The notes under the pieces were generated by a model. It was given only the letters and a program-made list of their open reading frames with translations. It searched no databases and had not been told where the DNA came from. From a virus (taxonomy: Duplodnaviria; Heunggongvirae; Uroviricota; Caudoviricetes): a stretch of 26,702 bases of DNA. A program made the translations under genes and the position numbers. Positions 16,836 through 25,512 of this stretch are shown here, one piece after another; within the stretch, counting starts at the first letter, position 1; every line of letters begins with the position of its first letter. The stretch lies in the IMG/VR virus record IMGVR_UViG_2660238061_000004. One strand, given 5' to 3'.

Positions 16836-17747
16836 TTACCCCCTGAATCCGGGTGGGATTGTTTTGTCTGGCTCAGAAATGCGGTTCACATCCCTGCCCG
16901 TTTTGCGAGCGTTGAGAGCGAACTTCGGTTTAAACAGTCCCTGGTACCCGTTGGCGATACTGGTGTTGATCACATCAACGGGGTCATGCCCAGCGTCCAG
17001 GCAAGCCTTGAGCAACTTGAATGCTTTGGTGACCGTCATTTCGGTCTTGATGGCTTTGCCAGACTGTTGGCGGTAGGCCACCCACTCACTCCAGGACACA
17101 GAATCAAGCCACTCAGGAACGGGAATCGTCAGCGGGTCAAACTTACCCTTCCCCTTTGGGGGATTAGAGGGGGTTAGATCTGTATTTATATTTGTATTTG
17201 GAAGAATGTCTTTGGTGTTCCCTGTTTTCAGGGATACCTCTCCCTGTTTTTGGGGATGGTTATCCCCGTTTTCAGGGATGATTGAAGGGGTAAAATTGCT
17301 ATCCCTGAATTCAGGGATGGTAATAACCCATGTGACAACTTCAGCAGCAGGAAACACCGCTGGACACTTCATGCAATTTGGCTTGGTATACGCCCATTTA
17401 TCCAGGCTGGTATTAATCCCTATGTATCTGGTTTGCCCAATGCGGCGCAGGATGATGATGTTCCGATAGGCAAGGCTCAACACGGCTTCAGAGACGTGTT
17501 TCACCTTCAGCGTCGTTTTATCTGCAATGAGGCTATTGGCGATGCGGTCAGAACTCTTAGACCAGCCATAGGTCAGACGAACGATAGCATTCAGCACCCG
17601 GAACTCGCGCCCGGATAGTTCGACGATACACAGGGCATCCTGAATCTGGTTGGCCAGGCGCAAATAGCCTTTCTCCAGTTCAGCCATGCTGCTCTCCTGT
17701 TTCCCCTGCTGTGTGGGGAATTTGAATATTTCAGCGGTATTTGACAT
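16836..17747 (-). CDS. replication initiation protein O-like
   Basis: N-terminal region (MSNTAEIFKFP...REFRVLNAIVRLTYGWSK...) resembles lambda O from memory; iterons lie inside the gene; start taken at the internal Met (track ORF runs to 17780). Confidence 0.8.
   Translation of the reverse strand: MSNTAEIFKFPTQQGKQESSMAELEKGYLRLANQIQDALCIVELSGREFRVLNAIVRLTYGWSKSSDRIANSLIADKTTLKVKHVSEAVLSLAYRNIIILRRIGQTRYIGINTSLDKWAYTKPNCMKCPAVFPAAEVVTWVITIPEFRDSNFTPSIIPENGDNHPQKQGEVSLKTGNTKDILPNTNINTDLTPSNPPKGKGKFDPLTIPVPEWLDSVSWSEWVAYRQQSGKAIKTEMTVTKAFKLLKACLDAGHDPVDVINTSIANGYQGLFKPKFALNARKTGRDVNRISEPDKTIPPGFRG
17178..17212. other. AT-rich tract next to the iterons (candidate unwinding element)
   Basis: gatctgtatttatatttgtatttggaagaatg immediately beside the iteron array, on the side expected for the direction of O transcription. 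Confidence 0.45.
17219..17317. repeat. origin iterons: four 16-bp palindromic repeats
   Basis: tccctgttttcaggga (17219), tccctgtttttgggga (17241), tccccgttttcaggga (17263), tccctgaattcaggga (17302); spacing 22, 22 and 39 bp; resemble lambda ori iterons. Confidence 0.7.
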
Positions 17748-17831
17748 ACTGTTCTCCGCAATTACGCACAGTTTTTGCACCTGAAAGCCGTTGGTGTTCG
17801 AGCACCGCGGCTTTCGCCATTTCTGAGCCCG

Positions 17832-18389
17832 TCATAGCGCACCACCCAGCATCGTTGTAACCATCGCCATAATGGGCGCCACAGAATCAGGTCCGTCCAG
17901 GTAGAGCTTGGCTACGATGCTCTCGCTGATTTCCTTCATCCGTTCGTGTCTGGGGGCTTTGAGGACGACAGCCTGTATCGCCTCAGCGTCTTCTTTCACC
18001 GACCTGGCGACACGAACCGCAAAGCAGTCGTGCTTAATCACGCGATCCCGGTACGCCAGCGGCAGAACCGAAATTATTACCGGCGCCAGCTGCTCGACGT
18101 TCGCCCGGTAGGCCGGTGATTTCTCGTGGTTGTCCAGCCAGCGAAACAGCTTCACGTTCCACACATCGGCGCTGCCGGTCATGTCAATGCTGTCAAGCTC
18201 GGCCTGTTCGGCAGCCTCTTTAATCGCCAGAGCGACCGCCACGCGGCCCTCTGCCGCCGCCCAGGCGCGGACGGCAGAACAGATAGCCCGGTGATCGACC
18301 GGCTGGCCTTCAGCCTCACTGTGTTGATACTGGAATTTCAGGTGCTCTGATGGCGCTCTGTTATTCTGTTGAAAAGAAAGTGTTTGCAT
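17832..18389 (-). CDS. hypothetical early-region protein in the cII position
   Basis: 185-aa ORF between the cro-like gene and O; no family recognised. Confidence 0.4.
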   Translation of the reverse strand: MQTLSFQQNNRAPSEHLKFQYQHSEAEGQPVDHRAICSAVRAWAAAEGRVAVALAIKEAAEQAELDSIDMTGSADVWNVKLFRWLDNHEKSPAYRANVEQLAPVIISVLPLAYRDRVIKHDCFAVRVARSVKEDAEAIQAVVLKAPRHERMKEISESIVAKLYLDGPDSVAPIMAMVTTMLGGAL

Positions 18390-18400
18390 TGTCAGTGCTC

Positions 18401-18619
18401 CTACTTTGGTAATCCGTCAGTGGGATTTGGATAGAGATCAGGGCGCAGCTCGTGGGGGGTTACGCCTGTCATTTTGAAAATCGGGAAGATATAGCTTGGC
18501 GGGACGATCCCTTGGTCACGATTCTTCCAATGACTTACAGACATACTCGTCACACCAAGCGCGATGCTGAGCTTTCTGGCAGAGCCAGCGGCTTTAATTG
18601 CTTTATCGAGTGCGGACAT
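18401..18619 (-). CDS. Cro-like HTH regulator
   Basis: 72 aa; HTH SARKLSIALGVTSMSVSHWKNR; AGGAGA SD; divergent from the repressor gene. Confidence 0.7.
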   Translation of the reverse strand: MSALDKAIKAAGSARKLSIALGVTSMSVSHWKNRDQGIVPPSYIFPIFKMTGVTPHELRPDLYPNPTDGLPK

Positions 18620-18648
18620 GTGCTTCTCCTGCTTATTGATAGCAGAAG

Positions 18649-18711
18649 TAAACCACAGATTTATACTTCATGCAAACTTTGGATTTATTGCGTGCATAAA
18701 CCAAATATTTA
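18649..18711. promoter_or_regulatory. right operator region: three related operator sites about 24 bp apart, overlapping divergent promoters
   Basis: TAAACCACAGATTTA (18649), AAACTTTGGATTTA (18673), TAAACCAAATATTTA (18697); TTGCGT-16 nt-TACAAT precedes the repressor ATG by about 6 nt, implying a near-leaderless transcript. Confidence 0.5.
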
Positions 18712-18721
18712 CAATGACCAT

Positions 18722-19111
18722 ATGAGAAAAGAAGAACCCAACCTCGTTCTGGTGGAGCGCCTTACTGAGATCACTGATCGCGGCGTTACCAAAGCAGACA
18801 TGGCAAGAATAGCTGGAGTCACCCCTCAGGCCGTAAACGGCTGGTTCAAAAAAGGCGTGATTAGTAAGAAATCGGCACTGGCCATAGCCGACGCTGTTGG
18901 TATTTCTGTCGCCTGGCTACTCGGTGAAGACGTTGGGGAGAAAGACGGTCTCAAACCGGACGAACAGCGTTTGCTCGAGCTCTACCGCCAGTTACCGGAA
19001 GAAGAGCAGCAGAACATGCTCCGCATTTTTGCGCTTCGCCTGAAAGAGTTAGATGAGCTGTACGAGAAGTACATGAAGGGTCGGATTCGATCGCAAGGTG
19101 AGCAAACCTAA
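18722..19111 (+). CDS. CI-like phage repressor (XRE HTH) without a peptidase domain
   Basis: 129 aa from ATG 18722; HTH MARIAGVTPQAVNGWFKKG; short C-terminal helical region; track ORF 18452..19111 has a spurious N-terminal extension overlapping cro. Confidence 0.65.
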   Translation: MRKEEPNLVLVERLTEITDRGVTKADMARIAGVTPQAVNGWFKKGVISKKSALAIADAVGISVAWLLGEDVGEKDGLKPDEQRLLELYRQLPEEEQQNMLRIFALRLKELDELYEKYMKGRIRSQGEQT

Positions 19112-19175
19112 ACCAGTAGTATCTAATTCCATGTAATAAAAATATTTCAAGATTTAATATCTTCTGGAGGATTCG

Positions 19176-19457
19176 GTGTCTAAAGAAACAACCGTCGAAC
19201 TTATGCATCTTAATGATGTAATCGAAGCGAAAAATTTCATCGAGACCAATGCTGACGGTGTCGTAACAATCGGCACACAAAATGCCGGTTACGAAGTTTA
19301 CAATTTTGTGTTCCTGAATAGCAGCCCGATCATCGGTACGGATAATGCGGATATAGTCGTCAAGGGCATGCAGCGAACCAAAGTTGTGTCTGTGACTTTA
19401 AGCAAACAAAAGGCTTATGATTTTTATCAATCCTTAAAAAGTATGTTTGAGGAATAA
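19176..19457 (+). CDS. orphan 93-aa protein, first gene of the rex-position pair
   Basis: GTG start with GGAGGA SD; AT-rich; immediately downstream of the repressor on the same strand. Confidence 0.5.
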   Translation: MSKETTVELMHLNDVIEAKNFIETNADGVVTIGTQNAGYEVYNFVFLNSSPIIGTDNADIVVKGMQRTKVVSVTLSKQKAYDFYQSLKSMFEE

Positions 19458-19463
19458 TAATTG

Positions 19464-19985
19464 ATGGATGCGGCTCAATCATCTCTTGGTGAAGGGAAGT
19501 TATTGATTGCATATTCAGACCATAGCGGAGCTACAGTAGGCTTAGAGTTTTCATCAGTAGCTTCGAGCCAAGCAACCTTCCTTATGGGTGCTTGTAGTTT
19601 TGCCGCTTCGGATAAACAAAAACGGATTGTCACATCAGTTGCTATGGATGATACTGAAATCATTCATACGTCAACTGAAGATGGAGGTGACGACATGGAA
19701 AAGAGATTGGCTATTCTTGAGGTTGAAGTTGCCCACATCAAGAAAGATGTTGCCGAGATAAAAAACACAGTTTCAAAAGTTGATACGACAGTGAATTCAC
19801 TGGACAAAAATATGGCTGTAGTTTTGGAGAGGCTGTCTAGTATCAAAGAGTCTGTAGACAAAAAGCCCTCATCAGACACAGTGGACAAGAAAATCTCTGA
19901 TGCTAAATTGGCGATTCTCTTAGGTGTCCCTGCGATTATCGCCATTGGTACAGGGCTGTACAAAGCTTTTATGCACTTCTTTTAG
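19464..19985 (+). CDS. orphan 173-aa protein with coiled-coil and C-terminal membrane anchor, second gene of the pair
   Basis: ATG 19464 with GAGGAA SD; heptad-like middle (MEKRLAILEVEVAHIKKDVAEIKNTV...); hydrophobic C-terminus LAILLGVPAIIAIGTGLYKAF. Confidence 0.55.
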   Translation: MDAAQSSLGEGKLLIAYSDHSGATVGLEFSSVASSQATFLMGACSFAASDKQKRIVTSVAMDDTEIIHTSTEDGGDDMEKRLAILEVEVAHIKKDVAEIKNTVSKVDTTVNSLDKNMAVVLERLSSIKESVDKKPSSDTVDKKISDAKLAILLGVPAIIAIGTGLYKAFMHFF

Positions 19986-20058
19986 TCAGATTTGGTCAAT
20001 ACGCCTGAGTTATAAGGCTCTCAGCTACTAACTCTGTCGCCTTCCCCGAACCTTCTCA

Positions 20059-20085
20059 TCCCGACCACGCGTCGGGATTTTTTTT
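20059..20085 (+). terminator. rho-independent terminator ending the repressor operon
   Basis: tcccgac-cacgc-gtcggga perfect stem followed by eight T. Confidence 0.65.
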
Positions 20086-20124
20086 GCCTGCGATTCTGCA
20101 GACGTGTCACAAAACCCAGCCACA

Positions 20125-20188
20125 TAAACCTCAGATTTACAATTAACACTAACCTTAAGTTGACACATATATAAACCAGTGATTTAAT
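20125..20188 (+). promoter_or_regulatory. pL-like early promoter with operator repeats
   Basis: TTGACA (20160..20165), 17-nt spacer, TTTAAT (20183..20188); operator-like TAAACCTCAGATTTA (20125) and TAAACCAGTGATTTA (20172) match the right-operator sites. Confidence 0.55.
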
Positions 20189-20440
20189 CTAACTCACCAA
20201 GACGCACCACGAACCACCCAGGCATGGAGCCCACGAAGTAGCCGTCCGGGGCATACGAAAACCGGAATGAGGTGGTGATATTAACGCGCAGTAGGTTTGA
20301 AACGTTCCGCCAGCCTGGCGACAAGGGCAAACACAGAAGTGAGCTTCGCGGTGGTGAATTGCAGAGTTAAAACGCTCAACTGTGAAGATCAGCGTCACGG
20401 CACCACCAGCGAAGTTCACTCAGCAATAGTGGAGAACATC

Positions 20441-20647
20441 ATGGTTCATCAGCACTACGGTACACAGACAGTAAACCGCGGCGCAGTTCAGCCGGGGATG
20501 CTTGTAAAACACAAAGACTCAACCTGGACCGCATCTGCTAACGCACGCGGTCGCCTGTATCTTCACCGTGGCATCGAACGTACCTACACCAAAGATTTGC
20601 TGGTTGAGGTTTATCTAAACGGTTTAGGACATGGCCTTAGCCATTAA
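20441..20647 (+). CDS. small hypothetical protein, first gene of the early-left operon
   Basis: ATG 20441 with GGAGAA SD; 68 aa; the track ORF 20297..20647 starts at an unlikely TTG. Confidence 0.4.
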   Translation: MVHQHYGTQTVNRGAVQPGMLVKHKDSTWTASANARGRLYLHRGIERTYTKDLLVEVYLNGLGHGLSH

Positions 20648-20658
20648 CGGAGTGAGTT

Positions 20659-20820
20659 ATGCAGGAGAAAAAATGCGCGTACTGCCGCAAGCCGATCAAG
20701 CAAGGGAAGGAAGTTAAAAACGAACTGCTCTTTATCCACGGCACGCAGTTGAAACGCGAGCAACGTGATTACTGTTCAGTACGTTGCGCTTCGTTCGACC
20801 AGATGGCCCACGAAGCATAA
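20659..20820 (+). CDS. small zinc-finger-like protein, 53 aa (below the ORF-track size cut-off)
   Basis: ATG 20659 with GGAG SD; MQEKKCAYCRKPIKQGKEV...DYCSVRCASFDQMAHEA; paired Cys motifs; TAA at 20818..20820. Confidence 0.4.
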   Translation: MQEKKCAYCRKPIKQGKEVKNELLFIHGTQLKREQRDYCSVRCASFDQMAHEA

Positions 20821-20958
20821 CGAAAACCCCGCGCAAGGCGAGATTCACGTCCGGTGCCACCGACCAAAGTTACACCGGAATTTATACCAAACCAAAAAAC
20901 ATCCAATGGGCGCTATCTCTGGCCCGGGGATTCTAACACTCAAAAAAGAGGATCTCAC

Positions 20959-23868
20959 ATGGAATTTTTCCATCTGATAAAAGCCAGTCAGAAGTCTGGC
21001 AAGAAAGATGCAGTGATTTGGTTCACTGCGAAAAGTGTAGCGCGCGCCAATCTCCAACTCGATGTGGCACTGGAAGAAGCCGGAATTGAAGAAACTGGCC
21101 GCGGTAAAGATTATGCCAAACCAATCCGCACCGATTTCCCGGTATATGACGACCTGCCGGAAGAAGGCGCAGTGGATTACACCTGGTGCAAACGCTACGA
21201 ACTGCAGAACGATGACCGCACCTGGATGCCAAAAGTCACAGCTGAAAACTCTGACGAGAAAACGGCTCAGACCGTTGATAGTCACATAACTACTGAGTCA
21301 ACGCTGCCAGAAACCGCTGGCATCACGCTGGACGAACACGACGACGACTCAACCCTCTACCCGGTAGTGCAGATGCCGTTTCGTAAGCAACTGCTTTCCC
21401 AGTTCACCGCCGACGAACTGCGCCACCACGTAACCCGCGAAGAGTACGAAGCTATCGGCGCGCTGGAGATGGACACTGATAACAGTTACGTCCAGAACTT
21501 GCTGTTAGCTGCTGAGAACTGCCCGGACGTGAAGGGTTACGACACCAAAGACCTGTGGCGCTACACCGATGCCATTCGCAAAGTGTTCAGCCAGGACAAG
21601 CGTCACGAACTCGCGCTGGTACTCCGTTTCACCAGAATGTGGGCGGCGACTGATTACATTGACCGTGGCATCCTGGCGCGTGAATGGGCTGCCGGTAATC
21701 ACATCAGTAGTGTTCAGCGTACTGATTCCGGAACCAATGCCAACGGCGGTTACGTCACTGACCGTGGACCTGATGCATACCATACCCTTGACACTCTCGA
21801 TTTAGAGATTGCATGTGCCCTTCTGCCTATGGACTTCAACCACTTCGAGATCCCGGGCAGCATTCTTCGTCGCGCTAAAGAAATCGTGACCAAAAAAGAA
21901 GAACCGTGGAAATCATGGAGCAGCATTCTGCGCAATCAACCCGGCGTTCTTGGCGTTAACCGCACAGCTATTTTTAACCTGATACGTATCGCGCCGGAAA
22001 ATATTCATCTAACTCCTGTCGCTCACCTGGAGTTTGTTAACCGGACCATGACTGCTGCGTTTAATGCTGCTGTTGAGTTATTGCCATTGCATGAAGCTGA
22101 GCCCGCAACACAGGAAATTCCCCAACCTGAAAGTAAGGAGTCTCCACGCAAACCCTTCTGCACTCACGAAGAGAACCTGCAACGCGTACGTGAAGAAGAA
22201 GCACGCCGCCGCGCAGAGGAAGCGACAGCACAACCACATAAAGCCGAACAAGAACTGGTTAAAAATGTCGGCAACGGAATATTCGATGTTACGGCTTTAC
22301 TGCAGAACTCAGCAACTCATGGCACGAAACAGGCTACGGAAACCACCAGCAATGTGCAGGTTCAAGAAACTGTCAGTGATGAAAAAAATGTTGGTAATGA
22401 AATGCAGTCAGGCGAAAGCAGTCTGGAAACTGGTGAAGAGTCACATCCCGGCCAGCAGGCCGATGTAAACCAAAATACGGAATCTGTCGCTCAAAATAGC
22501 GATTCTGTAAACCAGACTGAACCAGTTTTGGCACACGTCGAGCCAGAGGCGCAATCTGACGAACAAGCTGTTTTTTACCCCGATTACTTCGAGCCTGGGC
22601 GCTATGAAGGTCTGCCGAACGAGGTTTACCACGCTGCCAACGGCATCAGTTCCACCCAGGTAAAAGATGCGCGCGTTTCGCTGATGTACTTCAATGCGCG
22701 CCACGTTGAGAAAACCATCGTCAAAGAGCGCTCCTCAGTGCTGGACATGGGAAACCTGGTACATGCGCTGGCGTTGCAGCCAGAACAGCTCGATGAAGAA
22801 TTTAGCGTTGAACCCGTAATTCCGGAAGGTGCATTTACCACCACGGCAACGATCCGCGCGTTTATTGATGAGTACAACGCCAGCCTGCCAGCGCAACTGA
22901 GCGCAGACGATATCAAAGCTTTGCTGGATGAATACAACGCCACCCTGCCAGCGCTGGTGCCGCTGGGCGCTAGCCTGGATGAAACGGCGCAGAACTATAT
23001 GGCGCTGCCAGCTGAATTCCAACGTATCGATGCAGATCAGAAGAAGACAGCAACAGCAATGAAGGCGTGCATCAAAGAGTACAACGCCACCCTGCCAGCG
23101 CAGATTAAAACCAGCGGCAGCCGCGACGCACTACTCGAACAACTTGCGATTATCAATCCTGACCTGGTCGCGCAGGAAGCTCAGAAGCTGCAACCGCTGA
23201 AAGTCTCTGGCACGAAGGCCGATCTGATTCAGGCCGTGAAGGCAGTCAAACCAGATGCAGTGTTCGCCGACGAGCTGCTCGATGCGTGGCGCAACAACCC
23301 GGAAGGGAAAGTGCTGGTTACCCACCAGCAACTTGCCACCGCGCAGGCAATTCAGTCAGCACTGCTCTCGCACCCGACCGCAGGCATGCTGCTAACCCAC
23401 CCGAGCCGCGCCGTTGAGGTGAGCTACTTTGGCTTTGACGAGGAGACGGGACTGGAAGTTCGTGTGCGCCCTGACCTTGAGATCGACCTAGACGGCGTGC
23501 GTATCGGTGCTGACCTGAAAACCATCAGCATGTGGAATGTTAAGCAGGAAAGCCTGCGCGCCAGGCTACACCGGGAAATTATTGAACGTGATTATCACCT
23601 GAGCGCGGCTATGTACTGCGAAACCGCAGCGCTGGATCAGTTCTTCTGGATTTTCGTCAACAAAGACGAGAACTACCACTGGATCGCCATCATCGAGGCA
23701 TCCGCTGAACTACTGGAGCTGGGTATGCTCGAGTACCGCAAAGCGATGCGCAATATCGCAACCGGATTCGACACAGGTGAATGGCCAGCGCCAATCACTG
23801 CTGACTACACCGACGAACTGAACGACTTCGACCTGCGCCGCCTTGAAGCGCTGCGTACTCAGGCATAA
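20959..23868 (+). CDS. recE: exodeoxyribonuclease VIII (RecE-like)
   Basis: 969 aa from ATG 20959 (AGAGGA SD); N-terminal region matches Rac RecE as I recall it (...DFPVYDDLPEEGAVDYTWCKRYELQNDDRTW...); large acidic linker; C-terminal nuclease-like domain; followed by recT. Confidence 0.8.
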   Translation: MEFFHLIKASQKSGKKDAVIWFTAKSVARANLQLDVALEEAGIEETGRGKDYAKPIRTDFPVYDDLPEEGAVDYTWCKRYELQNDDRTWMPKVTAENSDEKTAQTVDSHITTESTLPETAGITLDEHDDDSTLYPVVQMPFRKQLLSQFTADELRHHVTREEYEAIGALEMDTDNSYVQNLLLAAENCPDVKGYDTKDLWRYTDAIRKVFSQDKRHELALVLRFTRMWAATDYIDRGILAREWAAGNHISSVQRTDSGTNANGGYVTDRGPDAYHTLDTLDLEIACALLPMDFNHFEIPGSILRRAKEIVTKKEEPWKSWSSILRNQPGVLGVNRTAIFNLIRIAPENIHLTPVAHLEFVNRTMTAAFNAAVELLPLHEAEPATQEIPQPESKESPRKPFCTHEENLQRVREEEARRRAEEATAQPHKAEQELVKNVGNGIFDVTALLQNSATHGTKQATETTSNVQVQETVSDEKNVGNEMQSGESSLETGEESHPGQQADVNQNTESVAQNSDSVNQTEPVLAHVEPEAQSDEQAVFYPDYFEPGRYEGLPNEVYHAANGISSTQVKDARVSLMYFNARHVEKTIVKERSSVLDMGNLVHALALQPEQLDEEFSVEPVIPEGAFTTTATIRAFIDEYNASLPAQLSADDIKALLDEYNATLPALVPLGASLDETAQNYMALPAEFQRIDADQKKTATAMKACIKEYNATLPAQIKTSGSRDALLEQLAIINPDLVAQEAQKLQPLKVSGTKADLIQAVKAVKPDAVFADELLDAWRNNPEGKVLVTHQQLATAQAIQSALLSHPTAGMLLTHPSRAVEVSYFGFDEETGLEVRVRPDLEIDLDGVRIGADLKTISMWNVKQESLRARLHREIIERDYHLSAAMYCETAALDQFFWIFVNKDENYHWIAIIEASAELLELGMLEYRKAMRNIATGFDTGEWPAPITADYTDELNDFDLRRLEALRTQA

Positions 23869-23873
23869 GGGGA

Positions 23874-24992
23874 ATGATGATGGAAAACACGAATATCGTA
23901 ACCGCTGAACAGCAGACTCCAAACACGATCTCAGCCAGCAATGCCATTTTCAACGTGCAGGCTTTAACCCAGCTTCAGTCTGTCGCCGGGTTGATGGCAC
24001 AGGCAGCCGTAACGGTGCCTGAGCACCTCCGCGGCAATCCGGCAGACTGCATGGCCATCATCATGCAGGCGATGCAGTGGGGTATGAACCCTTACGCCGT
24101 GGCGCAAAAGACGCACCTGGTTAACGGTGTCCTGGGATACGAAGCGCAACTGGTTAATGCGGTGATCTCCAGCTCAAACGCCATCGTTGGCCGCTTTCAC
24201 TATGAGTACGAGGGCGACTGGTCGAAATGTGCCAGCAGCCGCGAGATAACCGTTAAAAAGCCTGCGAAAGGTGGCGGGACGTACGACAAGAAAGAAATGG
24301 TACGCGGTTGGGAAAGTGCTGATGAACAAGGACTGTCGGTACGGGTAGGTGCCGTTATTCGCGGTGAAAGTGATATCACCTGGGGAGAGCCTGTTTTCCT
24401 CTCCAGCGTAATCACACGTAATTCTCCACTTTGGGTATCAAACCCGAAACAGCAGATCGCTTATCTGGCACTCAAATACTGGGCGCGCCTGTATTGCCCT
24501 GCAGTTGTTCTTGGTGTGTACACCCCTGATGAGATTGAACAGCGCACAGAAAAAGAGATCAACCCAACGCCGCAACGCGTTAGCCTGGCTGATATCTCAG
24601 GTGACACCGTCACAACCACGCAAAGCGCACAGGAATCGTCGGTAAATGTCGACTCTCTTGCCGATGATTTCCGCGAACGCATCGAATCTGCTCAGGACGT
24701 GGATAGCGCCAAATCGCTGCGTGCCGACATTGAAACGGCGAAAGCTACGCTGGGATCCGCACTATTCACCGAGCTGAAAAACAAAGCCGTAAAGCGTTAT
24801 TACCTAGTGGATGCACGCAACAAGGTTGAGGAGGCTATTAAATCCCTGCCCCAGCCCGACGAGCCGCATGCATCCGAACGGTTCGCTGAAGCCGAGCGCA
24901 TGCTTGCATCTTCAAAGCGTCACTTAGGCGATGAACTGCACGATCAATTCAGCATCACCCTGGCGGATATGAAACCGGAATACGTGGCCTGA
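23874..24992 (+). CDS. recT: RecT-family single-strand annealing protein
   Basis: 372 aa immediately downstream of recE; RecT-like core (...PLWVSNPKQQIAYLALKYWARLY...); start could be any of three consecutive ATGs. Confidence 0.8.
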   Translation: MMMENTNIVTAEQQTPNTISASNAIFNVQALTQLQSVAGLMAQAAVTVPEHLRGNPADCMAIIMQAMQWGMNPYAVAQKTHLVNGVLGYEAQLVNAVISSSNAIVGRFHYEYEGDWSKCASSREITVKKPAKGGGTYDKKEMVRGWESADEQGLSVRVGAVIRGESDITWGEPVFLSSVITRNSPLWVSNPKQQIAYLALKYWARLYCPAVVLGVYTPDEIEQRTEKEINPTPQRVSLADISGDTVTTTQSAQESSVNVDSLADDFRERIESAQDVDSAKSLRADIETAKATLGSALFTELKNKAVKRYYLVDARNKVEEAIKSLPQPDEPHASERFAEAERMLASSKRHLGDELHDQFSITLADMKPEYVA

Positions 24993-25030
24993 CGAGACCG
25001 GGAGGGGTAACCCTCCCTCAAGGAGATTAT

Positions 25031-25273
25031 ATGCGACTGATCAATCGAGGAAGTAAGCAATCACCTTTAGCTCGCCAAGCATGCGACATCGCGCTGGCAG
25101 CTCACTTGCAAACATATGGCGACTATGGGCGAAGCAAGATGAAAGAGACTTATACGGTGAAGGTTGAAGGCGTGAAAGTCTGGGTGGAGGTGGTGAACCG
25201 AAAGGCGAGCTACGTGGCCACAGCGATGACCGGCATGCGCCGTCTCCGCTCCCTGCCCGGGCAGGTTGGTTGA
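25031..25273 (+). CDS. hypothetical protein
   Basis: 80-aa ORF with AAGGAG SD; no family recognised. Confidence 0.45.
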   Translation: MRLINRGSKQSPLARQACDIALAAHLQTYGDYGRSKMKETYTVKVEGVKVWVEVVNRKASYVATAMTGMRRLRSLPGQVG

Positions 25274-25314
25274 AAAAGATTTTGAATGGCCCGAACGGGC
25301 AACTGGAGAGAGCT

Positions 25315-25512
25315 ATGGATGATATTTTGGTAACGTCAGACCTGACCAGTCGCTACAAAATTTCACGCAAAACCCTTTGGTCATGGCAAAGTGCAGACAC
25401 AATGCCTCGGGGCTTCGTATGCCCGTTCCCACCCCCTGACTGGCCCGGCAACCCTAACCGCTGGCGCTCTGAGTCAATCAAAGAGTGGGAGGATAAAAAG
25501 AAGATAAATTAA
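25315..25512 (+). CDS. AlpA-family DNA-binding protein (excisionase-like regulator)
   Basis: 65 aa from the internal ATG with GGAGAGAG SD; [20 protein letters not shown]...FPPP...[10 protein letters not shown] fits the AlpA pattern; convergent with the integrase. Confidence 0.6.

Noticed and set aside
20297-20440. N-terminal extension of the 20441 gene starting at TTG, and a possible nut site in the early-left leader
   Set aside because: The extension has no SD. A weak boxA-like ACGCTCAA is present but there is no convincing boxB hairpin and no Arg-rich N-like protein, so an N/nut system cannot be supported.
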